A stretch of DNA of 64,000 nucleotides from Bacteroidales bacterium (GTDB lineage Bacteria > Bacteroidota > Bacteroidia > Bacteroidales > UBA1556): assembly GCA_023146135.1 (NCBI GenBank), contig JAGLCR010000027.1:609-64608 (forward strand), given 5' to 3'. Position numbers and translations under genes: made by a program. The notes below the pieces were generated by a model, which did not search any database, was not told the origin of the DNA, and was given only the letters and a program-made list of their open reading frames with translations. Positions 46,167 to 56,408 of this stretch are shown piece after piece. Within the stretch, counting starts at the first letter, position 1, and the number at the start of each line of letters is the position of its first letter.

Positions 46167-46937
46167 ATGGCAGATATAATTGATTATAGGATAATTGGAG
46201 ACGATATGCAGCTCGTCGAAATTGAGCTAGATCCCCAAGAGGGAGTTCGGGCCGAAGTGGGTGCAATGATGTATATGGAAGATGGTATTGAAATGAATAC
46301 CGGTACAGGTGGAGGATTATTCAAAGGATTTAAGCGAATGCTTACTGGCGATGGCTTTTTCATTACCTCATTCGTACATGGCGGAAGAGGAAAAGCACAC
46401 GTAGCTTTTGGCGCGCCATTTCCTGGAAAAATTATCCCCTTAGACCTTGGCAAACTCGGTGGTGAATTTATAGTTCAAAAAGATGGATTCCTTTGTGCAG
46501 CACAAGGAGTTGATATTGATATTGCTTTTACAAAACGCCTTGGAGCAGGTTTGTTTGGCGGCGAAGGTTTTATACTTCAGCGTTTAACAGGCGATGGCTT
46601 AGCTTTTGTGCATGCAGGAGGAGCTATTATCGAAAAGGAGTTAGCTCCAGGTGAGCATTTGCGTATTGACACGGGCTCAATGGTAGCAATTGCACCAACA
46701 GTAGATTATGATATTAAGTTTGTTGGAGGATTCAAAAATGCACTTTTTGGTGGTGAAGGGTTATTCCTTACAACACTTACTGGGCCAGGTAAAATATATT
46801 TACAAAGCTTACCTTTCTCTAGACTTGCCGATCGTATTTTAGCCTCATCTAACTCAAATCGTGGCGAATCAAAAGGAGCTGCTGGAATAGGCGGCGATAT
46901 TATTGGTGGTATATTAGGCGGTAACAAACGATTCTAG
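46167..46937 (+). CDS. AIM24/DUF124 (TIGR00266) family protein
   Basis: LVEIELDPQEGVRAEVGAMMYMEDGIEM, GEGFILQRLTGDGLAFVHAGGAI and GEGLFLTTLTGPGKIYLQSLP. Confidence 0.7.
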   Translation: MADIIDYRIIGDDMQLVEIELDPQEGVRAEVGAMMYMEDGIEMNTGTGGGLFKGFKRMLTGDGFFITSFVHGGRGKAHVAFGAPFPGKIIPLDLGKLGGEFIVQKDGFLCAAQGVDIDIAFTKRLGAGLFGGEGFILQRLTGDGLAFVHAGGAIIEKELAPGEHLRIDTGSMVAIAPTVDYDIKFVGGFKNALFGGEGLFLTTLTGPGKIYLQSLPFSRLADRILASSNSNRGESKGAAGIGGDIIGGILGGNKRF

Positions 46938-46958
46938 ACTAGAAAAGTATATAATAAA

Positions 46959-48200
46959 GTGAGTTTATTCAAAAAGAAAAAATATCAATCATCAGGCTCT
47001 CTCTCAAGCTTGGCCATACGTCGTTTTAAACGAAATAAATTAGCTTTATCAGCTTTGATATTTATTGCATCAACAAGCTTGATTGCTATTTTAGGATATT
47101 TGATAAGTCCAGACAGCAGTCCATATGCAAATAATCAATCATTGGAGCTTGCTACAAAAAAGCCCGGGTTTAGCGTGCAAATTTTAAACCGAAAATTAAA
47201 CAAAGCCAAAACAGATATTTCATGGTTTCAAAAAATGCTTTACGGTACTCCTAAGCAGTTCGAAAGCATTCCAATTGTTAGTTATAAATTTGATGGTGCT
47301 AATATTATCGTGGAGCAATATACGGGCATGACTCCAAATGATGGAGCTATTAAAACTTACTCTCTTGTTGATATTGCCTATGCAATGAAACAAAACTCGA
47401 TCATTGAAATTATTGAAGATGAAGAGGATTCTTTATTCTTTATGGATTTATCTGGCAATAAAATAAGTTTATCAGTTATTGATCTTCAAGAACGTATTAA
47501 TACGTCTTTCATAAAAGAAAAATACTTTATTCTTGGCACGGACCCCTTTGGACGTGATTTACTAAGCCAACTAATAATCGGAACACGAGTAAGCCTAAGT
47601 GTGGGCTTTGTTGCTGTCATGATTTCACTACTTATTGGAATTACCCTTGGTGCCATGGCAGGCTATTTTGGTGGCTGGGTTGATAATCTTATTGTATGGT
47701 TTATCAATGTTGTTTGGTCCATTCCCACACTATTACTTGTAATAGCTATTACTATGGCATTAGGCAAGGGATACTGGCAAGTATTTATTGCTGTAGGGCT
47801 TACCATGTGGGTTGAAGTAGCCCGTGTGGTTCGAGGTCAGGTACTAAGTATTAGGCAAAAAGAATTTGTTGAAGCAGGAACCGCATTGGGTTATTCCCAT
47901 TCACGCATTATTTTTTATCATATTTTGCCTAATGTTATCAGCCCTTTGATAGTAATATCAGCAGCCAATTTCGCTGCTGCTATACTTATAGAGGCCGGCT
48001 TGAGTTTTCTTGGAATAGGCGTGCAACCACCGGTGCCATCGTGGGGAATAATGATTAAGGAACATTATGGTTATATCATTCTCGATTATGCTTACTTAGC
48101 ACTGCTACCTGGTTTAGCAATTATGCTTATGGTATTAGCTTTTATGATTGTTGGCAATGCTTTACGTGACGCTTTGGATGTTAAATTAGTGGATGAATAA
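46959..48200 (+). CDS. ABC transporter permease (DppC/OppC type) with an extended N-terminal region
   Basis: GTG start. GTDPFGRDLLSQLIIGTRVSL and the EAA-type loop FVEAGTALGYSHSRIIFYHILPNV are present. No ATPase or binding-protein gene is adjacent. Confidence 0.8.
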   Translation: MSLFKKKKYQSSGSLSSLAIRRFKRNKLALSALIFIASTSLIAILGYLISPDSSPYANNQSLELATKKPGFSVQILNRKLNKAKTDISWFQKMLYGTPKQFESIPIVSYKFDGANIIVEQYTGMTPNDGAIKTYSLVDIAYAMKQNSIIEIIEDEEDSLFFMDLSGNKISLSVIDLQERINTSFIKEKYFILGTDPFGRDLLSQLIIGTRVSLSVGFVAVMISLLIGITLGAMAGYFGGWVDNLIVWFINVVWSIPTLLLVIAITMALGKGYWQVFIAVGLTMWVEVARVVRGQVLSIRQKEFVEAGTALGYSHSRIIFYHILPNVISPLIVISAANFAAAILIEAGLSFLGIGVQPPVPSWGIMIKEHYGYIILDYAYLALLPGLAIMLMVLAFMIVGNALRDALDVKLVDE

Positions 48201-48491
48201 TCACATTTTCAACATGATGTTTTTTATTAAAACACTATTTATTTCGTGTCTTAAATTGTTAACAACTCTATTTAAACCGACTATTTAAAACCTCTACTAT
48301 CTTACTTTCATTATGTTAGAGTATATTTTTTAGATTGATAAAAACATACTAGTATCTGAGTAATCTCTATATACAATTATTATATATTTGTTACCGACTG
48401 ACAAAGTACAAATTAATTTAGGAATCTATTATAGTTTTTAGGATTGAAATAAAAATTATAATATTGGTTATTTGTTGAAAATTGCATCTAT

Positions 48492-50003
48492 ATGATAGAA
48501 GATGATTATTCTCATGTAAAAAAAATGGACATGAGTCGTATTAGTTTACGATTTAATTCCAGCAAAAATGAAAAGGCCTTTAAGGATTATTATTATAATA
48601 ACTCTTATAAAGCTTCTCGTAATGCTTTTTTATTGACTGCCATTTTATACAGTGTCTTTGGATTTCTCGATTATATCACTACTCCTGAATATTTAAATAT
48701 TTTTTGGAGTATTCGATTCATTATTGTTGTACCCTTTTTATTATCAGTTTTCGCTCTTTCCTTTTTCAAAATATTCAAAAAAATATGGCAACCTTTAATC
48801 TTCTTCGTTTTCATAATTGCAGGTCTAGGGATTGTTATAATGATTGTTATCTTGCCCAACGACTTTATTTATAGCAATGGTTTATTACTCATATTTTTTG
48901 CTGGATTTGTATTTATTAAACTTCGATTCCTTCTGGCAAGTATTGCTGGCCTAACGTCACTTTTTCTCTATAATATACTTGCTATCTACTTTGGTGAAGT
49001 AGATATAAACAACGTATTTATCAACGATTTATTTTTTATAAGCGCTATTTTGCTCGGTATATTTGCTGCCTATAATTCTGAAATATCTGACAGGAAGAAT
49101 TTTTTATTAATTCACCAGATTGCTTCAAAAAACAAAGATATTGCTACTATTAACAAAGGTTTAGAAAAACAAGTTGAGAAGCGCACCGAATTGTTAAACA
49201 GAAGAAATGAAGAATTACTTGCTGAGATTGCACGTAGAATTACTATGGAGCAAGACCTTATCATAGCAAAAGAAAAAGCAGAAGAATCCGACAAATTAAA
49301 ATCCGCCTTTTTAGCTAATATGAGTCACGAAATTCGTACTCCAATGAATGGCATTATTGGCTTTGCAAATTTATTAGAAGAAGCGGAGAGCAAAGAAGAG
49401 CTAAACGAATTTATTGATATCATCATTAAAAATGGAGAACATCTATTAAGCCTAATTAATGATATTATTGACTTATCAAAAATTGAGGCTGGAATATTAA
49501 AAATAAGTAAACAAAGTTTTGACCTAAATGTACTTACAGAAGAGGTTTACAAAATGTTTTTAATGGATCCAAATGTAAAAGACCGCAACCTTAAACTAAG
49601 CTATGAAAATGGTGTTAAGGATAAAGAATTTATTATCACTACGGACCGCCTCAGACTAAAACAAATATTGATAAATATTATCAATAACGCATGCAAATAT
49701 ACCGATGAAGGTAGTATTGAGTTTAGTTATGAAATTAAGGGTAATCAACTCCATTTTAAAGTTGAGGATACCGGTATTGGTATACCCGACGAGCAACAGG
49801 AATATCTGTTCGAACGATTTATGCAGGTGACATTAAACAATACGCCAAGTCGTGAGGGTACTGGATTAGGATTAGCTATTACAAAGACTTATTTGAAGAT
49901 GATGGGTGGTAACATAAAAGTAAGGAGTAAGCTAAACGAAGGTTCCGTATTTTCATTCTACTTGCCTATCGAAATTAAAAAACAAAATTTAGACAATGTA
50001 TAA
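48492..50003 (+). CDS. Multi-TM sensor histidine kinase
   Basis: About six TM segments, then a coiled coil, H-box [18 protein letters not shown] and HATPase boxes ([25 protein letters not shown]). Confidence 0.85.
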   Translation: MIEDDYSHVKKMDMSRISLRFNSSKNEKAFKDYYYNNSYKASRNAFLLTAILYSVFGFLDYITTPEYLNIFWSIRFIIVVPFLLSVFALSFFKIFKKIWQPLIFFVFIIAGLGIVIMIVILPNDFIYSNGLLLIFFAGFVFIKLRFLLASIAGLTSLFLYNILAIYFGEVDINNVFINDLFFISAILLGIFAAYNSEISDRKNFLLIHQIASKNKDIATINKGLEKQVEKRTELLNRRNEELLAEIARRITMEQDLIIAKEKAEESDKLKSAFLANMSHEIRTPMNGIIGFANLLEEAESKEELNEFIDIIIKNGEHLLSLINDIIDLSKIEAGILKISKQSFDLNVLTEEVYKMFLMDPNVKDRNLKLSYENGVKDKEFIITTDRLRLKQILINIINNACKYTDEGSIEFSYEIKGNQLHFKVEDTGIGIPDEQQEYLFERFMQVTLNNTPSREGTGLGLAITKTYLKMMGGNIKVRSKLNEGSVFSFYLPIEIKKQNLDNV

Positions 50004-50373
50004 TTGGGAAAATAAAACTATTGTCGTGGTAGAAGATGTTGACTTTAACTTTCTTCTTATAAAGAAACAGCTAAAAAAGACTAAAGCAAGTATTGTTTGG
50101 CTTAAAAACGGACAAGAATCTATTGATTATATTACTGATAAAAAAACTGCAGACATCATACTTATGGATGTGCGAATGCCCATAGTAGACGGTATTGAAG
50201 CCACAAAACATATTAAAACCATAAGCCCAGAAACACCTATAATTATGCAAACCGCTTGTGTTATTGGGAACGACTTTGATGATTTAATGGAATCAGGATG
50301 CAATGACTATATTTTCAAACCTATCATTGCCAATGATTTACTAGACAAAATTAACAATTACATATTAAAATAG
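49996..50373 (+). CDS. Single-domain response regulator (receiver only)
   Basis: [23 protein letters not shown] and FKP are the receiver motifs. Eight-nt overlap with the kinase gene. Confidence 0.85.
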   Translation: MYNWENKTIVVVEDVDFNFLLIKKQLKKTKASIVWLKNGQESIDYITDKKTADIILMDVRMPIVDGIEATKHIKTISPETPIIMQTACVIGNDFDDLMESGCNDYIFKPIIANDLLDKINNYILK

Positions 50374-50379
50374 GGCAAT

Positions 50380-51459
50380 ATGAACCTTAACTATCAACAC
50401 AACCCCGCAAACCGACATAATATCACTTTACTATTTGTAGATGATAACGATTCGATTCGTAGATTATATCAAAGATTACTCGAAAAGCATGTCAACAATT
50501 TTTATATTGCTCGAAATGGCAGTCATGGCTTGGAGTTATATAAAGAGCATAAACCCGACCTAGTAATTACAGATATTAATATGCCTGTAATGGATGGCCT
50601 AGAAATGGTACGAGAGATTAAGCTAATTGACCCCAATGCAAAAATTGTGATGATGTCGGCTTATAATGTGAAGGAAAATTTCATTGAATCTATTAATCTA
50701 GGGATTGATGGGTACTTAATGAAACCTGTTGAAGCAAAAAAGCTTTTATCATTAATTGACGAATTTGCAGGAATCACATTAATGAAATGGGAGCTCGAAC
50801 AAAAAGAGGCTAAAAGGCGTGAAGCGGAGGAGTTTTTGAAGAAGTCCTTGGAAGAAAAGGAAGTATTGCTTCGTGAAGTTCATCATAGAGTGAAAAACAA
50901 TATGCAAATTATCTCCTCAATCTTGCGCATGCAAAGCCGTACAATTGAAGACCCTAGACTTAAAGAATTTCTTCAAGAAAGTCAAAACAGGATTCATTCC
51001 ATGGCTCTTATCCATGAAAACTTATACAATAATGACACTTTAGCAAATATAAAATTTTCTAATTATGTGCAAAGTTTAACTGGAAATATAGCACGAACAT
51101 TTGCAAATAAAAAAGCAACTGTACGCTTTAATTATCAAATTGAAGACGCCTATCTCCCAATTGATGCTGCAATCCCATGCGGGCTGATAATTAATGAGCT
51201 TATATCAAACTCATTTAAATATGCATTTGAAGGAAAGAGCCAAGGCATGATTAGTATTATCTTCAAAAAGCTGAGTGCAATAAATTATAGTCTTGAAGTA
51301 TCTGATGATGGTGTTGGCATACCTAAGGACTTGGACATAACACGTACAAAATCATTGGGTATGAAGATTATTCATAAACTTATAAAACAAATAGAGGGAG
51401 ATCTCACCACAGACTTCTCTAATGGAACTAAATTTATTATCAAATTCAAAACCACATAA
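50380..51459 (+). CDS. Receiver domain fused to a HisKA_2-type histidine kinase
   Basis: Receiver motifs LLFVDDND and VITDINMPVMDG. Then a coiled coil, the HisKA_2 H-box EVHHRVKNNMQIISSILRMQ, and ATPase boxes INELISNSFKYAF and SDDGVGIP. Confidence 0.8.
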   Translation: MNLNYQHNPANRHNITLLFVDDNDSIRRLYQRLLEKHVNNFYIARNGSHGLELYKEHKPDLVITDINMPVMDGLEMVREIKLIDPNAKIVMMSAYNVKENFIESINLGIDGYLMKPVEAKKLLSLIDEFAGITLMKWELEQKEAKRREAEEFLKKSLEEKEVLLREVHHRVKNNMQIISSILRMQSRTIEDPRLKEFLQESQNRIHSMALIHENLYNNDTLANIKFSNYVQSLTGNIARTFANKKATVRFNYQIEDAYLPIDAAIPCGLIINELISNSFKYAFEGKSQGMISIIFKKLSAINYSLEVSDDGVGIPKDLDITRTKSLGMKIIHKLIKQIEGDLTTDFSNGTKFIIKFKTT

Positions 51460-51461
51460 TA

Positions 51462-52244
51462 ATGAGAAAACAAGATTACAAAATTCTAGTTGTTGAAGAC
51501 GAAGTTCTAGTAGCAACTGACATTGAAGAGAGCTTGGAGCATCTAGGCTATGAAATACTTGATGCTGTAGTAACAGGGCCTGAAGCAATTGCATCTGTAG
51601 AAAAAGAACTTCCAAACTTGATCCTTATGGACATCAACCTAAAAGGAGATATGACAGGGATTGAAGCGGCAACCCACATTAGCAAAAATCATAATGTGCC
51701 TATCATTTACCTTACAGCCAATGCTGATATTTCTACTATCAACGAAGCTAAAGTTGCTCTGCCATATGGTTATATAATTAAGCCATTTACAGATAAGGAT
51801 TTACAAACCAATATTGAAATTGCTCTTTTCAAGTTTGAAAACGACATGAAGCTTAAAATGGAAAGTGAGCAGTTTAACACTTTCTTTGACCTTAAAGACC
51901 ACGAGAAAAATCAAGTGATTATTCATGGAGTTAAGGGTTTGGAGAAAATAAATATTGAGCAAGTTTACTTCATTGAAGGCAACGAAAAAGAAACTACCAT
52001 TCACCTGTTTGATGAAGAAATAGCGACAAATAAAAGCTTGGAAGATATTATAAAGTTTTTTCCAGGAAAGAAGTTTATCCAAGTAAGCACTAATTATGTA
52101 ATAAATGCTGCAAAAGTTTTTGTAGTGAAACACCCTGAGGTAATTATTGCTGATAAAATGACGGTTATTACCGTAGATGCCGATAAGAAAAGTTTATTAG
52201 ATAATATTATAGGTGAGCTCGAAGAAATAATTGATGAAGACTAA
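51462..52244 (+). CDS. Response regulator with a divergent LytTR-type output domain
   Basis: Receiver motifs ILVVEDEV, ILMDINLKGDMTG and IKPF. The C-terminal INIEQVYFIEGNEKETTIHLFDEEIATNKSLEDIIKFFPGKKFIQVSTNYVINAAKV follows the LytTR pattern, with STN in place of HRS. Confidence 0.7.
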   Translation: MRKQDYKILVVEDEVLVATDIEESLEHLGYEILDAVVTGPEAIASVEKELPNLILMDINLKGDMTGIEAATHISKNHNVPIIYLTANADISTINEAKVALPYGYIIKPFTDKDLQTNIEIALFKFENDMKLKMESEQFNTFFDLKDHEKNQVIIHGVKGLEKINIEQVYFIEGNEKETTIHLFDEEIATNKSLEDIIKFFPGKKFIQVSTNYVINAAKVFVVKHPEVIIADKMTVITVDADKKSLLDNIIGELEEIIDED

Positions 52245-52274
52245 AATTATTTCTTAACTATTAAAACCTATCGT

Positions 52275-53162
52275 ATGGACAATCTAAAAACAACTGCCGA
52301 AAACGAATTGGAACGTTTTATCGCTCAGCTATTCGCCAAAAACGGCCCTGATAAAGAAGAATATCAAATGATATTCGACATGGTGGATCAAATACCTTCT
52401 GGTAAGATAAATCGCTTTAGAACAGCTATGAAGCCCATTTTAAATCCTAACACTATAATTGGCTTTTCGTATACAAAACCATTTGGTTATAATGGCGATT
52501 TCTTCATTATTGAAAAAATATATCAGCAATATGTAAATCCCGATAAAAAGTATAAAAAATGGGATACGTATTTTCATGAATTCCCTGCTGCCATCGCTGT
52601 TATTAACCGTAAAGCTCTAGCAATTGAAATTTTTGAAAAACTCAACAAAAAATCACTCGGTATTAAACAAAATGTAATGATATTGGGTAGTGGTCCCGTA
52701 TCAGAAACATTCGAGTTTTTTGAGAAAAATCCAGATAGTCAATTAGTATTCGACATGCTTGATTTAGATAATAGGGCCATTGCCTATGCTAAAAACAAGA
52801 ATAAGAAATACCTTAAGTCAATGACTTTTTATAATCGAAATGTAATACGCCATACACCAGAAAGAAAGTACGATTTAATATGGAGTGCTGGTCTTTTCGA
52901 CTATTTTAAGGGGAAACATTTTGTTTACTTATTGAAAAAATACTATGAATTTTTAAACGAGAACGGTGAAATGATTATTGGCAACTTCAATACTGAAAAC
53001 CCTTCACGAAGAATCATGGAAATATTGGGCGATTGGTTTTTATACCACCGTTCAGAAGATGAATTAAAAGGATTTGCGCTACAAGCTGGAATTGATGAAG
53101 ACAAAATTGAAGTTTTTAGAGAACCTTTGGGTATTAATCTTTTCTTGCGAGTTAAAAAATAA
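52275..53162 (+). CDS. Class I SAM-dependent methyltransferase (possibly PhcB-like)
   Basis: Motif I VMILGSGPVSE, an acidic loop FDMLDLD, and YDLIWSAGLFDYF..L..EFLNENGEMIIGNF. An N-terminal TKPFGYNGDFFIIEKIY block is also present. Confidence 0.7.
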   Translation: MDNLKTTAENELERFIAQLFAKNGPDKEEYQMIFDMVDQIPSGKINRFRTAMKPILNPNTIIGFSYTKPFGYNGDFFIIEKIYQQYVNPDKKYKKWDTYFHEFPAAIAVINRKALAIEIFEKLNKKSLGIKQNVMILGSGPVSETFEFFEKNPDSQLVFDMLDLDNRAIAYAKNKNKKYLKSMTFYNRNVIRHTPERKYDLIWSAGLFDYFKGKHFVYLLKKYYEFLNENGEMIIGNFNTENPSRRIMEILGDWFLYHRSEDELKGFALQAGIDEDKIEVFREPLGINLFLRVKK

Positions 53163-53197
53163 CACATACCTTTACTAATCAAACTAAACCAACAATT

Positions 53198-53797
53198 ATG
53201 AAAAAATTAATAGTAATTATTGCGATTTTTATGGGTTTTACTGCCCAAGCACAAAAAATTAAAATGGTATCTGGTAAACTTGACTTTTTAAAAGGTCAAA
53301 ATGAACTCTTAGTTGAATTTGCCTATCCTGAGCACTTAAATATAGGAAAGATGACAGAGGCTGACTACATCACAAAAAAAACGGAAGCCGCAGAAGAAAA
53401 GAAAGCTGGTGATGGAGAACGATGGTTAAAACTATGGAAAGGAGACCGTGCTGAGAATTATCATCCAAAGTTTATTGAGTTATTGAATGATGGCCTAGCA
53501 AGTAAAAAAGTACATATTGGAGAAGAAAACAGCCAAGCTAAGTATAAAATGGTGGTTACTACCGTATTTATTGAACCTGGTTATAATATCGGCATTTCTA
53601 GAAGTAATGCATACGTAAATTTAGAAATAAGCTTTTATGAAATTGGTAATAATAAAGAACTAGCGAAATTTACTATTATGAAATCTCCTGGCAGAGCTGG
53701 TGGTGCTGACTTCGATTCAGGATTTCGTATAGGTGAGGCTTATGCCAAAGCAGCTAAATCTTTTGCTAAATTTTTGCTTAAAAAGAAAGCATTCTAA
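53198..53797 (+). CDS. Secreted hypothetical protein
   Basis: Signal peptide MKKLIVIIAIFMGFTAQAQ. No recognised domain. Last gene of the two-component/methyltransferase run. Confidence 0.5.
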   Translation: MKKLIVIIAIFMGFTAQAQKIKMVSGKLDFLKGQNELLVEFAYPEHLNIGKMTEADYITKKTEAAEEKKAGDGERWLKLWKGDRAENYHPKFIELLNDGLASKKVHIGEENSQAKYKMVVTTVFIEPGYNIGISRSNAYVNLEISFYEIGNNKELAKFTIMKSPGRAGGADFDSGFRIGEAYAKAAKSFAKFLLKKKAF

Positions 53798-53821
53798 GGT
53801 ATTTTATTGTTAATAAAAACA

Positions 53822-53861
53822 AGAAAGCCTCGAATAAACTAGCGTTTATTCGAGGCTTTCT
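53822..53861. terminator. Bidirectional terminator between the 53198 gene and parE
   Basis: Perfect 18-bp stem agaaagcctcgaataaac / gtttattcgaggctttct with loop tagc. On the minus strand it is followed by GTTTTTATT. Confidence 0.75.
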
Positions 53862-53880
53862 CTTTATCAGCATAAAGAAT

Positions 53881-55725
53881 CTAATTTTCCAAAATAAGAT
53901 CCTCCTCCACTCTGAGGTTATCAATAATAAATTCTTGTCGCGTGGGTGTGTTTTTTCCCATATAAAAGGATAGAACTTTTTCAATGCCTGACTCCTTATT
54001 CAAAATCACAGGGTCAAGTCGAATAGATTCTCCAATAAAGTGTTTAAACTCATCAGGTGATATTTCACCTAAGCCCTTAAATCGAGTTATTTCGGCGGCT
54101 TTTCCTATTTCACCTAATGCTTCAATGCGCTCCTCTTCAGAGTAGCAGTAAATTGTTTTCTTCTTGTTTCGCACACGGTAAAGTGGAGTTTGCAGGATGT
54201 AAACATGACCCGCTTTAACCAACTCGGGGTAAAACTGAAGAAAAAATGTCAATAATAACAAACGAATGTGCATTCCATCCACATCAGCATCAGTAGCAAT
54301 TACAATATTGTTGTAACGCAAATTATCAAAATCTTCCTCAATATTCAAAGCGGTTTGGAGTAGATTAAATTCTTCATTTGTATAAACCACTTTTTTGCTC
54401 AAACCATACGAATTGAGGGGCTTACCCTTTAAGCTAAATACAGCCTGTGTATTTACATTACGCGACTTAGTAATGGAACCCGAGGCAGAATCACCCTCTG
54501 TTATAAACAAGGTTGACTCAAGTCGCTGTTCCTTATTAGTATTATAATGTACACGACAATCACGTAATTTTTTATTATGCAAACTGGCTTTTTTAGCAGA
54601 CTCTCGAGCCAGTTTTTTTATGCCAGCCATATCTTTCCGCTCTTTCTCCGACTGGATTATCTTTCTACGAATGGACTCTGCTACTTCTGGATTTTTATGT
54701 AAATAATTATCCAAATTTCGTCCAAAATTATCATTAATATATCCTCTAACAGTTTGCCCACCGGGCTCCATATGCTGCGAACCTAGCTTAGTCTTGGTTT
54801 GTGATTCAAAAACAGGCTCCTGAATTTTAATACTAAAAGCTGCAACTATAGAAGTACGTATATCACTAGCATCAAAATCTTTTTTGAAGAAATCTCTTAA
54901 CGTTTTAACTATCGCTTCACGAAAAGCTGCCTGATGTGTACCGCCTTGTGTCGTATGCTGACCATTTACAAATGAATAATACTCCTCCCCATACTTTTTT
55001 GAAGCATGAGTAAAGGCAAATTCAAAATCATCATCTTCCATATGAATGATAGGATATAGAATACCATCATCAATATTTCGCTCCAATAGATCGAGTAAAC
55101 CATTTTTCGAAACAATTCGCTTTCCATTCAACACTAATGCCAAATTACGATTAAGAAAAGCATAATTCCACAATAATCGTTCAATATACTCGGAGCGAAA
55201 CTGAAAGCCCACAAATACCTCAGGATCTGGAGTAAATGTAATAATGGTTCCATTTGGCTCACCTTCAACATCTATATCCTCATCACGAACTTGCTTTCCA
55301 TAGCTATACTCTACAACCTTAGATTTTCCATCACGAATAGATTGTGCTACAAAATTTGATGACAGAGCATTCACCGCCTTAGTTCCTACACCATTTAATC
55401 CAACAGATTTCTTAAAAACCTTACTATCATATTTTGCTCCAGTATTTATTTGAGAAACACAGGCAGCCAAACTTCCCAAAGGTATTCCGCGACCAAAGTC
55501 TCGAACAGTCACTTCTTTTTCGTGTATCGAAATATCAATATGCTTTCCAAAGCCCATCACAAACTCATCAATAGAGTTGTCAATAACCTCCTTAATCAGC
55601 ACATAAATACCATCATCGGCTGAAGCTCCATCACCTAGCTTACCAATATACATACCGGGTCTGAGGCGAATATGATCTTTCCAATCTAAGGTTTTTATGC
55701 TATCTTCGTTGTACTGTGCTGACAT
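53881..55725 (-). CDS. parE: DNA topoisomerase IV subunit B
   Basis: Trimmed to [37 protein letters not shown] ATPase boxes ([26 protein letters not shown]), the Toprim motifs EGDSA and DADVDG, and its ~615 aa length fit Bacteroidota ParE rather than GyrB (from memory). Confidence 0.8.
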   Translation of the reverse strand: MSAQYNEDSIKTLDWKDHIRLRPGMYIGKLGDGASADDGIYVLIKEVIDNSIDEFVMGFGKHIDISIHEKEVTVRDFGRGIPLGSLAACVSQINTGAKYDSKVFKKSVGLNGVGTKAVNALSSNFVAQSIRDGKSKVVEYSYGKQVRDEDIDVEGEPNGTIITFTPDPEVFVGFQFRSEYIERLLWNYAFLNRNLALVLNGKRIVSKNGLLDLLERNIDDGILYPIIHMEDDDFEFAFTHASKKYGEEYYSFVNGQHTTQGGTHQAAFREAIVKTLRDFFKKDFDASDIRTSIVAAFSIKIQEPVFESQTKTKLGSQHMEPGGQTVRGYINDNFGRNLDNYLHKNPEVAESIRRKIIQSEKERKDMAGIKKLARESAKKASLHNKKLRDCRVHYNTNKEQRLESTLFITEGDSASGSITKSRNVNTQAVFSLKGKPLNSYGLSKKVVYTNEEFNLLQTALNIEEDFDNLRYNNIVIATDADVDGMHIRLLLLTFFLQFYPELVKAGHVYILQTPLYRVRNKKKTIYCYSEEERIEALGEIGKAAEITRFKGLGEISPDEFKHFIGESIRLDPVILNKESGIEKVLSFYMGKNTPTRQEFIIDNLRVEEDLILEN

Positions 55726-55885
55726 AGTTTTTTCTGATTTCTGCAAAAATAATCCTTTGCTAATTACCACTTATTTTAAGTTACTTTATTTATCAACGAT
55801 TATACGTTAAGAAAATAGGCAATCCCCCCTATACCATTTCAGAAATAAAGTATATTTTTGTACTAAATAAAAAAACTAACTAAAA

Positions 55886-56341
55886 ATGAAAACAAAAATT
55901 ACAATTTTCGCATTTCTTTTATTTGGAGGATTATTATTAAGTACAAGCTGTGAAAAGGCTGTGGACAAATTACTTGAAAAAATCACACCTGACCTTTCTA
56001 CTGAGATAGATGGCACCGTGTGGAAAACCCATAATGTACTAGCTTTTGATACTGACTCTGGATTTACAGTTACAGCAGCTGAAGATTCAACCTACTTTGC
56101 TTTCGCCATAAACGAATTCAAAAACGGCAAGTATCCTATTAATAACATAAATGTTGCTACTTACACTTTTGGCGAATCATTTAATATTTTCGTAGCTTCC
56201 GAAGGTGAAATAGAAGTATCTGAAGCTGAAGATAATGGAGGCAACTTTAACATGAAATTCCACTTTAAAGCCTTCAATATCGCAGGTGATTCTGTTATGA
56301 TAACAAATGGTGTTGCAAAAAATATTATTAATCCCTTATAA
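55886..56341 (+). CDS. Small lipoprotein, unknown function
   Basis: Lipobox LLLSTSCEK. 151 aa with no recognised domain. Confidence 0.5.
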   Translation: MKTKITIFAFLLFGGLLLSTSCEKAVDKLLEKITPDLSTEIDGTVWKTHNVLAFDTDSGFTVTAAEDSTYFAFAINEFKNGKYPINNINVATYTFGESFNIFVASEGEIEVSEAEDNGGNFNMKFHFKAFNIAGDSVMITNGVAKNIINPL

Positions 56342-56357
56342 GGAATAATTAAAGCAT

Positions 56358-56394
56358 AAAAAAAGCAGGTACTTTAAAAGTATCTGCTTTTTTT
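56358..56394. terminator. Bidirectional terminator between convergent genes
   Basis: A-run, then stem gcaggtac / gtatctgc (one G-U pair), then TTTTTTT. Confidence 0.7.
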
Positions 56395-56408
56395 ATAGGT
56401 AAAACCAG

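Noticed and set aside
51801-52133. 110-aa minus-strand ORF
   Set aside because: Antisense to the REC-LytTR regulator gene, with no independent features.
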